Shown here piece by piece: positions 27,184 to 39,515 of a stretch of DNA of 64,000 nt. The position numbers and the translations under genes are program-made. Location: assembly GCA_964016885.1 (NCBI GenBank), contig OZ024741.1, positions 97,836,001 to 97,900,000 of the forward strand, given 5' to 3'. This DNA comes from Eledone cirrhosa (Eukaryota). The notes under the pieces are model-generated. The model was not told where the DNA came from and did not search any database. It saw only the letters and a list, made by a program, of their open reading frames with translations. Numbering within the stretch: the first letter of the stretch is position 1; every line of letters begins with the position of its first letter.

Positions 27184-27625
27184 ATATATATCCGGGTAAT
27201 TAAACTGAAGGGGATTACTCTTTTCGGGAATACATTTTTGTCGGAGCATTTGGTTCTTAATGGAAACATTGATGATATAGTTATTAGTGTTAACGCCCTT
27301 TAAACATACATAGTTCAATGTTAAAATGATAGTTTCTTTAGTCGTTCAGTGTATATATTTGTTGGTAAAATCTTTTTATAGAGGGTTATGTTGATTTCAA
27401 TGTTAAATAACATAGAATGATATACAGCTATATTAGGAAAGGCAAAAAAAAAAGAGCTGTTGTTCTAGTTGTAATATATTTTCTCTAATAAAATATAGAA
27501 TTTTTTATGTTGATTTTTATCTTCATTTGCAAACATGAAATTTCCCAAACACACATACATAAATGCTTCCATACCTATCTATCTCCCCCCCCCCCTCTCC
27601 TCGCAATTAATATATCAAACTATCT

Positions 27626-27687
<62 letters not shown>

Positions 27688-28239
27688 GTGGTGCAGATGT
27701 GATATTCTAGTATACATAATTTCATGAACGTGACATAAACTAATTCAATCGTGCATTGATGTATTAAATATATCGGTGTTTTATATTTAGAGCTATGAAA
27801 ATGAAATTGCTTTCATACCTGAAAATTCAAAATATTATACGAGACAACATTTTGTGAATATCATGTTTATGAATTGAAAAGTAAAAGAATAAAAATTGTT
27901 GACGTGCAGGTACATTATGTGAAATACGCTTTTCATAATACCTTAAGCCACTGATGAATATGTATATTAATGATTAGAGCTCATAATAAACTATCAATTA
28001 TATCTGTTAGATCATAGCTCTATTGGAACGCATAGCTAGGAAACGTTATATCTTTTCTGTATTTGGGATATGATATTTGCCAGTACTATCTGGGAATATC
28101 TGCGTCCACAGATATTAGAGGATTCCGATTAGAGTGAATTCAATGATGCTGATATTTAATCTGTTTAGATAACAAATATATGCCCTACGGATTTATATAT
28201 TATTGCACATAGAAAAGGTATCTTAATTCATCACCAGTT

Positions 28240-28650
28240 TTGTCAGTATTGGTAGAGCGTCCGATAATATTCTTTACGGCATAGATTTATGTCCATTTAC
28301 GTAAGCTTTGCCGTTCATCCTTAAGGGGACGATAAAATAAAGTACTAGTAATGCACTTGGGTATATTTAATCAAACTTTCACCGCCTCCAAACTTGTTGG
28401 ACTTGGGGCTAAATCAGAAAATATTGTTATTATTATTATGATTGTGGGGGGAGTGGATTGTCAGAATCGGTAGAGCATCGGAGAAAATGCTTGGCGGTAT
28501 AGAGTTATGGCCCTTTACGTTCTGAGAACAAATCCGGCCGAGGTTAACTTTGCTTTTAATCCTTACGGGCTCGATAAAATAAAGTACCAGTAATACACTA
28601 GAATGATTGCTGGCCCTGTGCCAAAAGTAGAAACAATTATTAATATTATT
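28240..28650 (+). mobile_element. Two tandem tRNA-like SINEs
   Basis: Two successive head/core/(ATT)n-tail units at ~28240-28440 and ~28444-28650. Confidence 0.85.
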
Positions 28651-28709
28651 GTATTGAGAGAAGTAATGCCTTCCAACATATATGTTGAAGCATACGTCTA
28701 CCTGTATAT

Positions 28710-28905
28710 TGTAGGAGAAGAATTGGGAGAGGGCACTTTGCCCTAGTAGACAGGGTGAGCGTGGCTTTCTACTATAGTGATCCTGTTTTTTAAATGTTCA
28801 TTTTCTGTTATCAATTTAATTTTACCTCTGAAAAAACCCATACTGTATCGTCCTATTCCGTCTTTAATGTTTCCTTAATGTGAGCCCTCTGTGGCCAGTA
28901 AGGAA
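28710..28905 (+). mobile_element. Tx1/L1-like 3' UTR remnant ending in (ATT)n
   Basis: GAGAGGG...TGCCCTAG.AG..CAGGGTG resembles the 3' UTR of the element at ~39335-39372. The terminus matches the reverse complement of ~2575-2615. Confidence 0.55.
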
Positions 28906-29009
28906 ATTATTATTATTATTATTGTTATTGTTATTCCTTGAATCTCAGTCATTGATGTTGGTTAACTGGAAAGTCCGTTGGATTGAATATCAAGCCACTA
29001 CCTGCAGCC

Positions 29010-32000
29010 TCAGATATTCAGGACGTATCGGAGGGTTCTTGCCGTTCCAAGCAAGCATGCCTTTTGAAGCGTTCCAAAAAGCGTGAAGGGGCCGATTTTC
29101 TTTAACCATCCCTGGAAACCTTTGGAGATAGTCCCCAGTGCGCCTATGACAATCGGGATCACTTTGACTTCATGGCAGTTCCAAATCCTTTTGACCTCCC
29201 ACTTTAGGTCCTGGTATCGGTTAATTTTCTCCCTCTCCTTCTCTTGCACTCTCGTGTCGAACGGGCAGGCCACATCCACAATCAGGCACGATCTTTTTTC
29301 TTTGTCCACAACCACCAGGTCAGGTCTATTGTGTTCCAGTTTTTTGTCCGTCTGTATCCTAAAATCCCACAGCACCTTCACCTGACTGTTCTCCATCACC
29401 GCCTCTGGCCTATGCTCATACCATTTCTCAGAATGTGGTAGATTGTTTACTTTGCACAGGTGCCAGTGGATCACCCTGCCCATCACATCGTGTCTCCAGC
29501 CCTTATAGTGGGTCTGGGCTAGGTGTTTACACTCGGACACAATGTGAGCCACAGTCTCCTCTCTCTCTCCACAGATCCTGCACAGTGGGCTAGCCTCCTC
29601 CTTGTAGATATGGTGCTTCAACCACTTCGTTTTGAGGGCCTGCTCCTGCGCAGCCATTAGCATTCCTTCTGTAGCCTTTTTGAGGTCTCCTCTTCTCAAC
29701 CAGTTCCATGTCTGTGGATCTCTAAATTCAGTTTTCTCAAAGAAGGTACTATGAAGGGATTTTCCCTTAAGGCTGCTCTTCCTCCTTGATGTTATTTCCT
29801 CCTTGGGTATCCCCTGGCCTACTGTCCCCTCCTTCAGTACAGCTCTGAGCATTGGCTCCTTACTATAGGTCACGTATTTGTATAGGTTGTTTTTCTCCAT
29901 CTGAACACAGTCCTCTATGCTGATAAGACCTCTTCCACCCTCAGATCTCCTTAGGTAGAGTCTATCGACATCACTCCTCTTGTGGAACATGTTGTAGATA
30001 GTCAATAGCTTCCTAGTCTTCCTATCCATTTCTTTTTGTTCAGCAACATTCCATCTCAGAATTCCCGCACTGTACCTAATAATAGACACAGCTCGGGAAT
30101 TTACTGCGCTTATGGCATTTCTGCTGTTCAGATGTGACTTCAATACGCTCCTTACTCTCCGAATGTATTCAGTTCTTAACAATTCCTTCATTTTTTTGTT
30201 CTTTATGCCATCAGCCTCCAGAACGCCCAAATACTTGTATCCTTCCTCAGAGTCAATTTCCTTTATCATCTCACCTGTTGGTATCTGGATCCCGTTACTT
30301 CTGCTCAACCTACCCCTCCTCATCACAATGACTCCACATTTACCAATACCAAACTGCATACATATATCACTGCTGAAAATACGGACAGTGTCAACAAGCA
30401 CATCCAACTCCTTCTCACTTTTCCCGAAGAGCTTAAGATCGTCCATGAAGAGGAGGTGATTGATGGTAAGCTCTCCCCTTCCCAACTTGTATCCTGCTCT
30501 CACTTTTCGCAGCATAATGGTCAAGGGCATCAGGGCAAGGACAAACAACAGAGGGGACAGGCTATCTCCCTGGAAGATACCTCTCTTGATCTTCACGCTT
30601 CCCAAGGATACTCCAGTTGATGTCAACTCTGTCTCCCAGGACCCCATACTCCTGCCCAGCAACTGTCTGATGTTATCTGCCACCCTGAAGATCTCCAGGC
30701 TTTTGGTGATCCAGGAATGAGGCACCATGTCAAATGCCTTTCTGTAGTCTATCCATCCCATGGCAAGATCAGTGTGTCTCCTCCTGCAATTCCCCATTAC
30801 CATCTTATCAATAAGCAACTGGTCCTTTGTACCACGTGACTTCTTTCGGCATCCTTTCTGTTCGTCCGGCAACAAGTTGTTTGTGTGGAGGTGATGGTAG
30901 ATTTCCTCAGACACAATGCTCGTCAACAGTTTCCACATTACGGGCAGACATGTGATAGGTCTATAGTTGGTAACATCATTACCCTTGATTCGGTCTTTCA
31001 TTATCAGAACTGTGGTACCTTTTGTCAACCACTCTGGCACCTCACCCGACACCAAGCAGTCATTGAACATGGCCGTCAGCTTCGGGTGGAGGGATGTTAA
31101 ATGTTTAATCCAATACCCCTGCACACCATCTGGGCCTGGTGATTTCCAGTTGGTTAGTTTTTTGGCTTGCCCCTTAAGAGTTTCAACTGTGATACTCAAA
31201 TCAGTCTGTTGCTGTGCCTGCTCACCGATCTCCCTCTGTACTGTCTCAATCCACCCTGCCTGGGCATTGTGTCTAACATCCTGCTCCCATATTCCTCTCC
31301 AGAATGTTTTAGCTTGTTCCGCCCCAGGGATCAAGTCGTTGCCTCTTTCTTTCCCCTCAAGCTGTCCAAACAGCATCTTCTGGTTGTTGTCGAACATGCG
31401 GTTCTGTTTATACTGACTGACTCTGTTCTCGTATCGCCTGATTTTGGCACTCTTTGCTACAATGCGTTGCTTCAATTCCTCTATGATAATATTTAGCTTT
31501 TTACTCCTAGTTTTGTATTTTATTTCCAGTCTATTTTTAGTGCCTATGTTTTTTAGTGTCCCATTCAGTAGTGACTCAAGCTTTCCTATGTCATTTCTCA
31601 TTTCCCCGATTTGCCCACTCAGTCGCTTCTTCCACCACGGCTCTGCTCTTTCTTGTCTGTTGTTTCCTCTCGCTTTTATACCAAGTAGTTTCCTCACCGT
31701 ATTTGCTGTTGCTTTGAGGATATTGTTGCACTGGTGAAGACTCCTCGCCTCAAGGTATGGGATGACTTTGTTTACCTTAGCTGTTGTTTCTTTTAACTTT
31801 TTCCTGTCTACAAATCTTAGGTTCATAGGTCTCCCACTATCATTGTTCAACTCATCTACCACTAAATTTAGGATGTCAACCGAATCTTGTCCTAGCCCGT
31901 CAGCATTCATCTCCTCAGTGGCCGTATCTCTGTTCCAGGTATTATTTATCTCAGTATTCAGATCATTGTCTGCTTCGGGTGGTTCCTCCGTTCTCAGGAC

Positions 32001-32402
32001 CTCCTCACCTTCATTTCCCGCCGGCTCGCTTGTCTGGCATACTACACCCGCCATCTCCAAGCCATTCTCTCTGCTCAGTTCCTCCAGTTCCAGCTCGCTT
32101 ATCCACCCATTAGTTCTTATTACCCGAGCCTGCCCGGCCAATTTTTGTTCATCTAATTTAAATAAACCAATCTCGTTCCAGATGTTATGCATCCGTCTCC
32201 TGTAGCCCCTCTCCTTGGGGTTACTTTTCAGGTAGCATTGCATAACAGTTCTATTCAATTCTTTCGTCCAGTTGGTTCTGGCCCCTTTCCTTCTTCTTCT
32301 TCCTCCAACATCAGCAGTATTTGGTTGACAGTCAGGTTCCTGCTGCTGAGCCAGGGGGCACCTGTTGGGTGAGAGTCTGTCACATGACGTTCTAGTCTCC
32401 AT
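29010..32402 (-). CDS. R4/Dong-like polyprotein: reverse transcriptase, CCHC finger and restriction-like endonuclease (1130 aa)
   Basis: KSPGPDG, NYRPITCL, IDYRKAFD, GIFQGDSLSP, LFMDDL, YKYLG, GGRGL, CRICGEREETVAHIVSEC, RHD, RPDLVVVD..IVDVACP and KINRYQDL. The N-terminal WTKELN..MQCY..GYRRRM region is R4-like. Confidence 0.95.
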   Translation of the reverse strand: METRTSCDRLSPNRCPLAQQQEPDCQPNTADVGGRRRRKGARTNWTKELNRTVMQCYLKSNPKERGYRRRMHNIWNEIGLFKLDEQKLAGQARVIRTNGWISELELEELSRENGLEMAGVVCQTSEPAGNEGEEVLRTEEPPEADNDLNTEINNTWNRDTATEEMNADGLGQDSVDILNLVVDELNNDSGRPMNLRFVDRKKLKETTAKVNKVIPYLEARSLHQCNNILKATANTVRKLLGIKARGNNRQERAEPWWKKRLSGQIGEMRNDIGKLESLLNGTLKNIGTKNRLEIKYKTRSKKLNIIIEELKQRIVAKSAKIRRYENRVSQYKQNRMFDNNQKMLFGQLEGKERGNDLIPGAEQAKTFWRGIWEQDVRHNAQAGWIETVQREIGEQAQQQTDLSITVETLKGQAKKLTNWKSPGPDGVQGYWIKHLTSLHPKLTAMFNDCLVSGEVPEWLTKGTTVLIMKDRIKGNDVTNYRPITCLPVMWKLLTSIVSEEIYHHLHTNNLLPDEQKGCRKKSRGTKDQLLIDKMVMGNCRRRHTDLAMGWIDYRKAFDMVPHSWITKSLEIFRVADNIRQLLGRSMGSWETELTSTGVSLGSVKIKRGIFQGDSLSPLLFVLALMPLTIMLRKVRAGYKLGRGELTINHLLFMDDLKLFGKSEKELDVLVDTVRIFSSDICMQFGIGKCGVIVMRRGRLSRSNGIQIPTGEMIKEIDSEEGYKYLGVLEADGIKNKKMKELLRTEYIRRVRSVLKSHLNSRNAISAVNSRAVSIIRYSAGILRWNVAEQKEMDRKTRKLLTIYNMFHKRSDVDRLYLRRSEGGRGLISIEDCVQMEKNNLYKYVTYSKEPMLRAVLKEGTVGQGIPKEEITSRRKSSLKGKSLHSTFFEKTEFRDPQTWNWLRRGDLKKATEGMLMAAQEQALKTKWLKHHIYKEEASPLCRICGEREETVAHIVSECKHLAQTHYKGWRHDVMGRVIHWHLCKVNNLPHSEKWYEHRPEAVMENSQVKVLWDFRIQTDKKLEHNRPDLVVVDKEKRSCLIVDVACPFDTRVQEKEREKINRYQDLKWEVKRIWNCHEVKVIPIVIGALGTISKGFQGWLKKIGPFTLFGTLQKACLLGTARTLRYVLNI

Positions 32403-32971
32403 TTCACCGTTATTCGAACTGTTTATGTTCGATATTTAAACACTCTTATCGAGGATTGGCGAATGTATGTTTACATAGCCATCTGTGGATCCGCCATCCC
32501 ACTTGGCCCTTGTGTGGCATTATCACCACGCTCTATACGGACACACATAAACAAACAAACACACGGGCAGAAAGGGCCCCAAAAATGAATAAGCATAAGT
32601 TTCATTGTAATGTAGTATTCGAATGTCTGACTTAGTTTTTGTTTTTTAAGTTTTACTTTTTCCCCCCTCTTCTCTGTCCGTCCGCCTGCTTCTCTCTTCA
32701 TTCTTATTTTCTTTACGTTTTTGGGGTTTCTTTTTTTGTTTTTGTTTTTCTCTGTTTTTCTCGTTTTTTACTGTTGTTGCTGTGCTGCTTTTGTTGTTTG
32801 TTTTTTCTTTTTTCTTTTGAGTCTATCTATATATTTTGATGCCTTCCTCTTTGTTAGTAGTAGGAATTCTATAATGTGGAAGTGGTAGCCAGCAGAGACT
32901 GGCGGCGTTGGCGATACTGAGACAGTGGTGGTGGTGATGTCGATACCGAGGCAGTGGTGGCGGTGATGCGA

Positions 32972-33620
32972 CCGTATTACTGTAGTGATGGTGCTGTAGC
33001 GGTGGCAGCAGCAGTGAAGGAGTCAGGGGGTGGTGGCGGCGGTGATGGGATAGTGGTGGCAATGATGGCCGTAGTGAGCGGTGGCGGTGGCGGTGAAAAT
33101 GCTGTTGTGTTTAGTGTACACAGATGATGGGGTGGGTGGTGTATCTAGTTTCTGGTGTTGGTGAGTTTCGCTGTCCTATATAGTGTAGCCAGAGGAGAGG
33201 AGGGGGGGGGGGGGGTTCTTATTCTTCCATTTATAGCCATTTTATTATTTTTTGGATATACAGTGTACAATACAAAGTTGAATATTTGAATATTTGAGCC
33301 GTATTACTGTAGTGATGGTGCTGTAGCGGTGGCAGCAGCAGTGAAGGAGTCAAGGGGTGGTGGCGGCGGTGATGGGATAGTGGTGGTAATGATGGCCGTA
33401 GTGAGCGGTGGCGGTGAAGGTGAAAATGCTGTTGTGTTTAGTGTACACAGATGATGGGGTGGGTGGTGTATCTAGTTTCTGGTGTTGGTGAGTTTAGCTG
33501 TCCTATATAGTGTAGCCAGAGGAGAGGAGGGGGGGGGGGGGTTCTTCTTCTTCCATTTATAGCCATTTTTTTTTTGGATATACAGTGTACAATACAAAGT
33601 TGAATATTTGAATATTTGAG
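32972..33620. repeat. Tandem duplication, ~325-bp unit, in the putative R4 5' UTR
   Basis: 32972-33298 and 33299-33620 are nearly identical, with CC microhomology at the junction. Confidence 0.95.
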
Positions 33621-33790
33621 CCTTATAACAATATATTTTGGGTCCGAATTTTTTTGGGGCTCAAGCCGGGTGCTTTACGTAGCATTTGTACTAAGAGTTG
33701 TTATTTCACAAATGATTTAAATATGTTAAAAATTCAAAACTTACGGGAGCGATTTCATGACCTCCGTCACCTCGTGCGTCTTCTTCCCTC

Positions 33791-33840
<50 letters not shown>

Positions 33841-34068
33841 GGGCCGCATATGTGTGAAGACAGTACAAATCTACGGGGGAAAAGGTTCGTAACTTTAAGC
33901 TGTTTTAAAGTGTCATTTTTTGTATTTTCTTGTCGTTAACGAAACTTAAGGTACACATCTTTATTTAAAGAGAGGACTACCTCTCAATATTCGGGCTTTA
34001 AGCCTGAATATTCAGATTTATTTTTAAAAACTTCGAAAAATATCGCTTCGCCATCCCAAAAAAAAATT

Positions 34069-36043
34069 ATGGAAATGTTTGACCTTGCAACGGTAAACAA
34101 CGTTCAGGTCAAAAGTTTAAAGGCAGCCACTGTAGATTTCACCAAGACTACGACGGCTAGAGTCATGCCTGTCACCCACTCTACTGAATGTGAAGGCAAA
34201 ACTAAAAAGCTACCATCACAACCCACTGTGATAGCAGCAGTATCATCTGAAAACGACATCACCACCACCACCACCACCACAACAACAACAACTCAGAGCA
34301 ATAACGACAATAACACCTACAGCTTCAATGTAAACACGGATGGCGGTGGCAACAGCATCAACAAACAAAACAACAACAACAACACCAATAACAACAGCAA
34401 GAATGACAACACCAACAATAAGAGCATCAGAAACACCACATTTGCTGCAGCAACAGCAAAAACAAAGCGCTTATTGAATATTGATATTGATATTAGCGAT
34501 AAAGACGAACATTTGGCCCAAGCGTGGAGGCTTATTAAACCGGAGAAGTCCCGGGCAAACATGACCATCCCGGACGAGGCAATAGCGACCATGCAAAGGA
34601 GGACGTGTTCTTTTGATGCATTTCGGTGCAGACACGAAAAGTGGAACTTGCCAGACAAGCAGAGGTCGAGGCTGCTTTGGAGTGCATCGGAAGTAACATA
34701 GAGTATAAAGCAAGAGGCAAACAGTTCGGTACCATCTCGGTACTGTTCAAAACCGAGGCCCTCGCTATTAAGCACTCGGTGACCCCCTGCAGAACGGAAC
34801 GCATTATCATGCATCCGTCCTACATGGGTAAAAGAACAGTAAAGGTCCGCATTCCCAGCATCCCACCAGCAATGAACATATGGTGGCTGCTGGGATGCGT
34901 AATCGAGGAGTGGACAGACACTACCCTCCTGGATATCAAAAGGACAGAGAGAGAGGACTGGTCCGGAATGGATTTGGAGATTCGTCTCCAAATGAAACCG
35001 GAGGACATGAACAACATCCCGGATTTTTCCCGCCGGCAGGACGGGACAACAATCCAACTAACCATTGACGGAAGAAGGCCACAATGCTTCGTCTGCGAGG
35101 AAGCAACGCATCTGCAAGCCGTCTGCCCACAGCGCAAAAATGCAGGAGGTCGCAAACCTCCTTTGTTGCCAACGCCAGAGTCAGCACGGAAAGCTGCACC
35201 ACCACCACCACCAAAAACAACACCAACAAAAACACGGACACCAACATCAAAAACAGCCGGATCACCACCAAAACCAAAACCAATCCAAGGGGAAAACCAG
35301 GAAAGCTCTCCACGCCCACTACCCCCTCAATTATACAGATAGACAAAACAATAAACGCACACACAGAGACAGAGACACTCACAGCCACAGACCCTTTGTC
35401 TTCTAGCAGCGAAGATGAAGGAAAACCCAAAAGTGCAAAAAAAAACAGAGAAAACTCACAAAAAAGCCCCAACAAAACACAAAAACATACACAACAAAAA
35501 ATACAGACACCACTAACGCAAACACTTCCCCAATAACATCATCACCAACAGCAACATCGGCACCACCTCCACAATCCCCGAAACGCAAACAACCTAAACA
35601 AACACAAGTACAAATAAACACACAAATACCTGAAATTGCAAACACCACACCTACAACAAACACAGACATACCCGAAACAACACCACCAAAACCATCACTA
35701 CGACAGTCACCAAAACGAAAACAAATAAAACCACACCAACAAAATGTTAAAAACTTCATGCTTGTCAAAAGGGCCAACGATAAACTGATGGCCCTCTTAG
35801 CATGAAGCGAGGACATTCAAACAGAGGGGGAGATTTTTGAACTGAACACATTTTACGTGCCAGAAGATTTGCTTCTGGTCCGAATGTCACTCAATTCCTT
35901 CAAAGAAATTGGAGAGAGCTTTCCTCAAGACGTGGGAAACCCGAATGTGAAACCCACATCAAGGCTTTTAAAAGGGTTCCGAAAGGAACCCCACCAACCA
36001 TGGAGGTCGAACCACCCGACTTTCAGAAGACCCCGGGTGGTAA
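34069..36043 (+). pseudogene. LINE A ORF1 (gag-like, CCHC knuckle), frameshifted
   Basis: RGKQFGTISVLF..., RRPQCFVCEEATHLQAVCPQ, followed by a Pro/Thr/Lys-rich tail. Homologous to 40237-41193. Confidence 0.8.
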
Positions 36044-36076
36044 GTAAACCTTCCCTCTCTCTCTTAGCTTACCAAT

Positions 36077-39000
36077 ATGGCCATACTAAGAGTAGGAAGT
36101 TTAAATGTTCGCGGCCTGGGGTCACCCTGGAAGCAGGGTCCCCTGCTAAACGACCTCAGGTCGCTGGAAATGGATGTGATTGCCGTAAGCGAGACCATAA
36201 TTTCCGACACGCGCGCACTAGCCCCCATTTTCGACGACTATCAGATCTTCGCATCTGTTAGCAGACCGGGAATGGGGGGTGGGGTGGCAGTGCTGTTTAG
36301 GAAAGGACTGGATCTCGAGGTAAGGTCGATCTTCCGGGACCCGGACGGTAAGTTGTTGGTCTTGGATGTGAGCAGTAGCAAAGGTGATGCCTTTAGACTG
36401 CTGGCCGTCTACGCCCCTACAGGGGCCGGACGACCGGACTTCTTTAGGCGCCTGGAGACCTTTCTGGGTACGTCTCGCCCTTTACTGTTAGCGGGGGAAT
36501 GGAATGGCATCTTAGACGCACTCTGGGATTGTGTGGGAGTAGCCGATAGGAGCGGGGTGTGCAAAAGCCTCAAGCACCTACTCAGCCAGTTCCAACTGTC
36601 TGACAGTTATCGACTAGATTTCCCCAATGTGCCAGTATGGACATGGACCAACCGAATGGGGTCATCTAGATCATATATAGACAGGATCTTCATTAGGGAA
36701 ATAGATAGAAATAGTGTGGGCTGCCCACTTTTTAAAACGGTCGCCTATTCATATCACAAATTTGTGATCTGTACGGTCGGCCTAGATAAAACGCGTAGGT
36801 TAGGACCGGGTTATTGGAAGCTGAACATGTCATTTCCGGCACGTAAGGCTTACAGGGACCGAGTCAACAATTTAGTTAAGCAAAAGTTGACAGGGGGATC
36901 ATCAACAACAGATGGTGGGGGGCCCTCAAAAGAGAGATTAGAGTAACTTCGATAGAGTTCAGCAAAGAACTAGCGTTAGAGAAAAATAGAAAGGAGGGGG
37001 AGCTGGTAGATAAGTTAGACGAGGCTATTTGTAGTGGCATTGCAACTGACGTGCTAGCGGTGAGAATGGCATTAGACCATTTCTTCAATGCGAAACACGA
37101 AGGTTGCATTGTCAGAGTTAATGCGCGTGCGCTGAGAAACGTGGGAACCAAAGCTGTTCAATGGGCCCGCGTGGCGGAGGCGCAGCGTGGTAATAAAACC
37201 ACAATTAGGTCTTTGGCGGACCGCACGGACACGAGATAAGCGATTCCAAGCGGATGTGTGAGGCCTTTCGCCAGCATTTTGCTCAGTTGTTCGGGGAGAG
37301 TGGTCAGTCAGAGATAGTAGCTGATTTCAGTCCCTACCTTGACGGGAAGTATTCCCAGAATGGGTGTATTCCCAGTTCTGTGAGCAGGGGAGTGGTGACG
37401 CTGATAAGGAAAGACGAGGACAAGAGGGAAACATTAGAGAACTTCAGGCCCATAACTCTGCTCAACACAGAGTTTAATATTTTGGCCAAGGTTTTAGCAA
37501 AGAGATTGGCGCTTGTCGTCGAAGATTTGGTTAGGGAGGCGCAAACTTGCGCAATCCCAGCCAGGTCCATACACGGCAATCTCCACCTCATGCGATACAT
37601 CATAGAGAGGGTAGGGTGTAAACCTGGCTTCGGTGGGGGCACAGATCAATTTAGATCAATCAAAAGCATTCGATAGGCTCGACCATCGGTATCTGGATTT
37701 TGTCTTCAAAGCAGCAGGCTTCGGCCCTGTCTTCAGAAGCTGGATCGCTGCAGTGCACAGCGTCACACGCTCGGTGGTCAAGGTTAATGGTCACCTCTCG
37801 GAACCATTTCGGCACTCCCGATCGGTCCGTCAAGGGTGCCCTCTCTCTTCCCTTCTGTACGTATGGACTCTCGAGCCTTTACTGCGGAAGCTGGAGCTGT
37901 TGCAGGGCATCCCACTCGAACCGGGACGTGGAAAGGCGGTGTCAGCTTATGTGGACGACATCACCATGATGATGTCGAACACCTCAGAAATCATGGTGGT
38001 CGGCACCTTATTGAAGGAATATGAAAGGTTGACAGGAGCCAAACTTAACCCGGAAAAGTCGGTGGGCTTGTAGCTCGGAACCTGGAGAGGCAAGCCCATG
38101 CCGTCCAACAGCGTCGTGGGGCGCTAGACGAACGGACCGGTAAATTTCTCGGGGTTTGGTTTGGACCAGACCTCCAGGTGGAAAAGAATTGGAGCGAGGT
38201 AACGAGCAGAATAGCCAGTCTCACCCAAAGATGGGCTGGGAGGAAGCTATCACTGAAAGGTCGCGCGGAGGTAGCGAATGCGTACATCGCGTCCGTCATC
38301 TACTACCACCTGACCGTCGTGCCTTGCCCCCGTCCGCGCCTCGTCAAGTTGGAACGGCTCCTCTTCAAATTCTTGTGGAGAGGACAAGTTCCGTTGGTGA
38401 GGCGGTCCATCTGCTGCCAGCACCCTCTACGCGGAGGGCTGGGCATGCCGTGGCTAATGATGCGCAGACATGCGTTGAGGCTGCGACATCTCCAGATATT
38501 CTGCCTTAACGGTGAACAGGTGTGGTCGCTGTTTATCAGACGGGCCTTTCCGCAGCTCATCTCTTTGACTGAGCTGCAGTCCTGGGTCAAGAAGAGACCG
38601 ACACTGGGTTACTGGCATCTGGAATGTTGCCAGTAACTCACTGCCCTCTACCAAGCGGGCAATGCGATCAGTAGAACTTCCACTCTCGAGTTCTATAGAG
38701 GATTAGTGGTGGGCAAGTGCGATGACGCACTTGGAGAAGATTTGGGCCTCGACGAAGTCGAACTGACCAGTCTGTACCGGAGGAATTTTGAGCCGGGGAC
38801 GATGGACAATTTCCAAAAATCCCTCGTTTGGCAGTGCTACCGGGGGGCACTGCCGGTTCGGGATAAACTCTACAGGCACGGAAGTGCTGTCAGACAGACC
38901 TGCCCGTGATGCGCACAGAACGACGAAACCGTTCTGCACGCACTTGTCCAATGTCCGTGCATTACTGACGTGTGGAGATATGTCGAACAGCTACTGTCGT

Positions 39001-39317
39001 GTGTGGAACGAATCCGGCTATCGCCCGAGTTCATAGTGAAGATCGATCCACTGCCTTCCTTAGGTCAGGAAGAGCAGGAAATATTCCTCTGTCTGGTGGC
39101 AGTTGCGAAAGAGGTTATATGGTGGACCAGGTTAAAAGGACTGAAGACAGACACTTTTCTCTTCGGCCAATCCCTCATCAACTTCTTCAAGTTTCCCCTG
39201 GAAAGGAAGGTGAGGGTGGAGAGAGAAGTGCTTCCCCCCAGTACATTTGCTAAAAGGTGGGTGAATGTGGCGAGAATGGCTCGTGAGAATGGGACTACTC
39301 TGACCATGCGCCTATAG
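36077..39317 (+). pseudogene. LINE A ORF2 (APE endonuclease, RT, C-terminal zinc finger), disrupted
   Basis: SLNVRGL, VSET, GGGVAVL, VYAP, SYIDRIF, GYWKLN, NFRPITLLN, LDQSKAFD, SVRQGCPLS, AYVDD, GGLG and CP*CAQNDETVLHALVQC. Several frameshifts and stops, and a ~60-codon deletion near 37345. Confidence 0.92.
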
Positions 39318-39480
39318 GCTAGCTAACTTGAGGAGAGGGTGATCTTCCTGGGTGCCCTAGAAGCGCAGGGTGGTTCAGGATTGGTGGGGTACCCGAGTCA
39401 CCCCAAGGTCGTCCAGCCCCTATAGGGGAATTTATTTTGTTATATTTATGCATAGTTTATTTTATATTTTTATATTTTCA

Positions 39481-39515
<35 letters not shown>

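Larger units (their letters stand above)
28936..33791 (-). mobile_element. Full-length R4/Dong-like non-LTR retrotransposon bounded by (ATT)n
   Basis: Single intact ORF, 74-nt 3' UTR, and (ATT)n tracts at 28906-28935 and 33792-33840. The 5' boundary is inferred from the second tract. Confidence 0.8.
33841..39480 (+). mobile_element. Tx1/L1-clade LINE A, near full length, inactivated
   Basis: Starts GG right after (ATT)16 and has ORF1, ORF2 and a 3' UTR. Ends at (TTA)n 39481-39515. Confidence 0.9.

Noticed and set aside
29083-32372. Plus-strand ORFs overlapping the R4 ORF
   Set aside because: Antisense shadows of a long coding frame; no motifs.
32440-32580. Canonical HDV-like ribozyme at the R4 5' end
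   Set aside because: A 7-bp P1-like stem exists, but L3, P1.1 and J4/2 consensus could not be placed.
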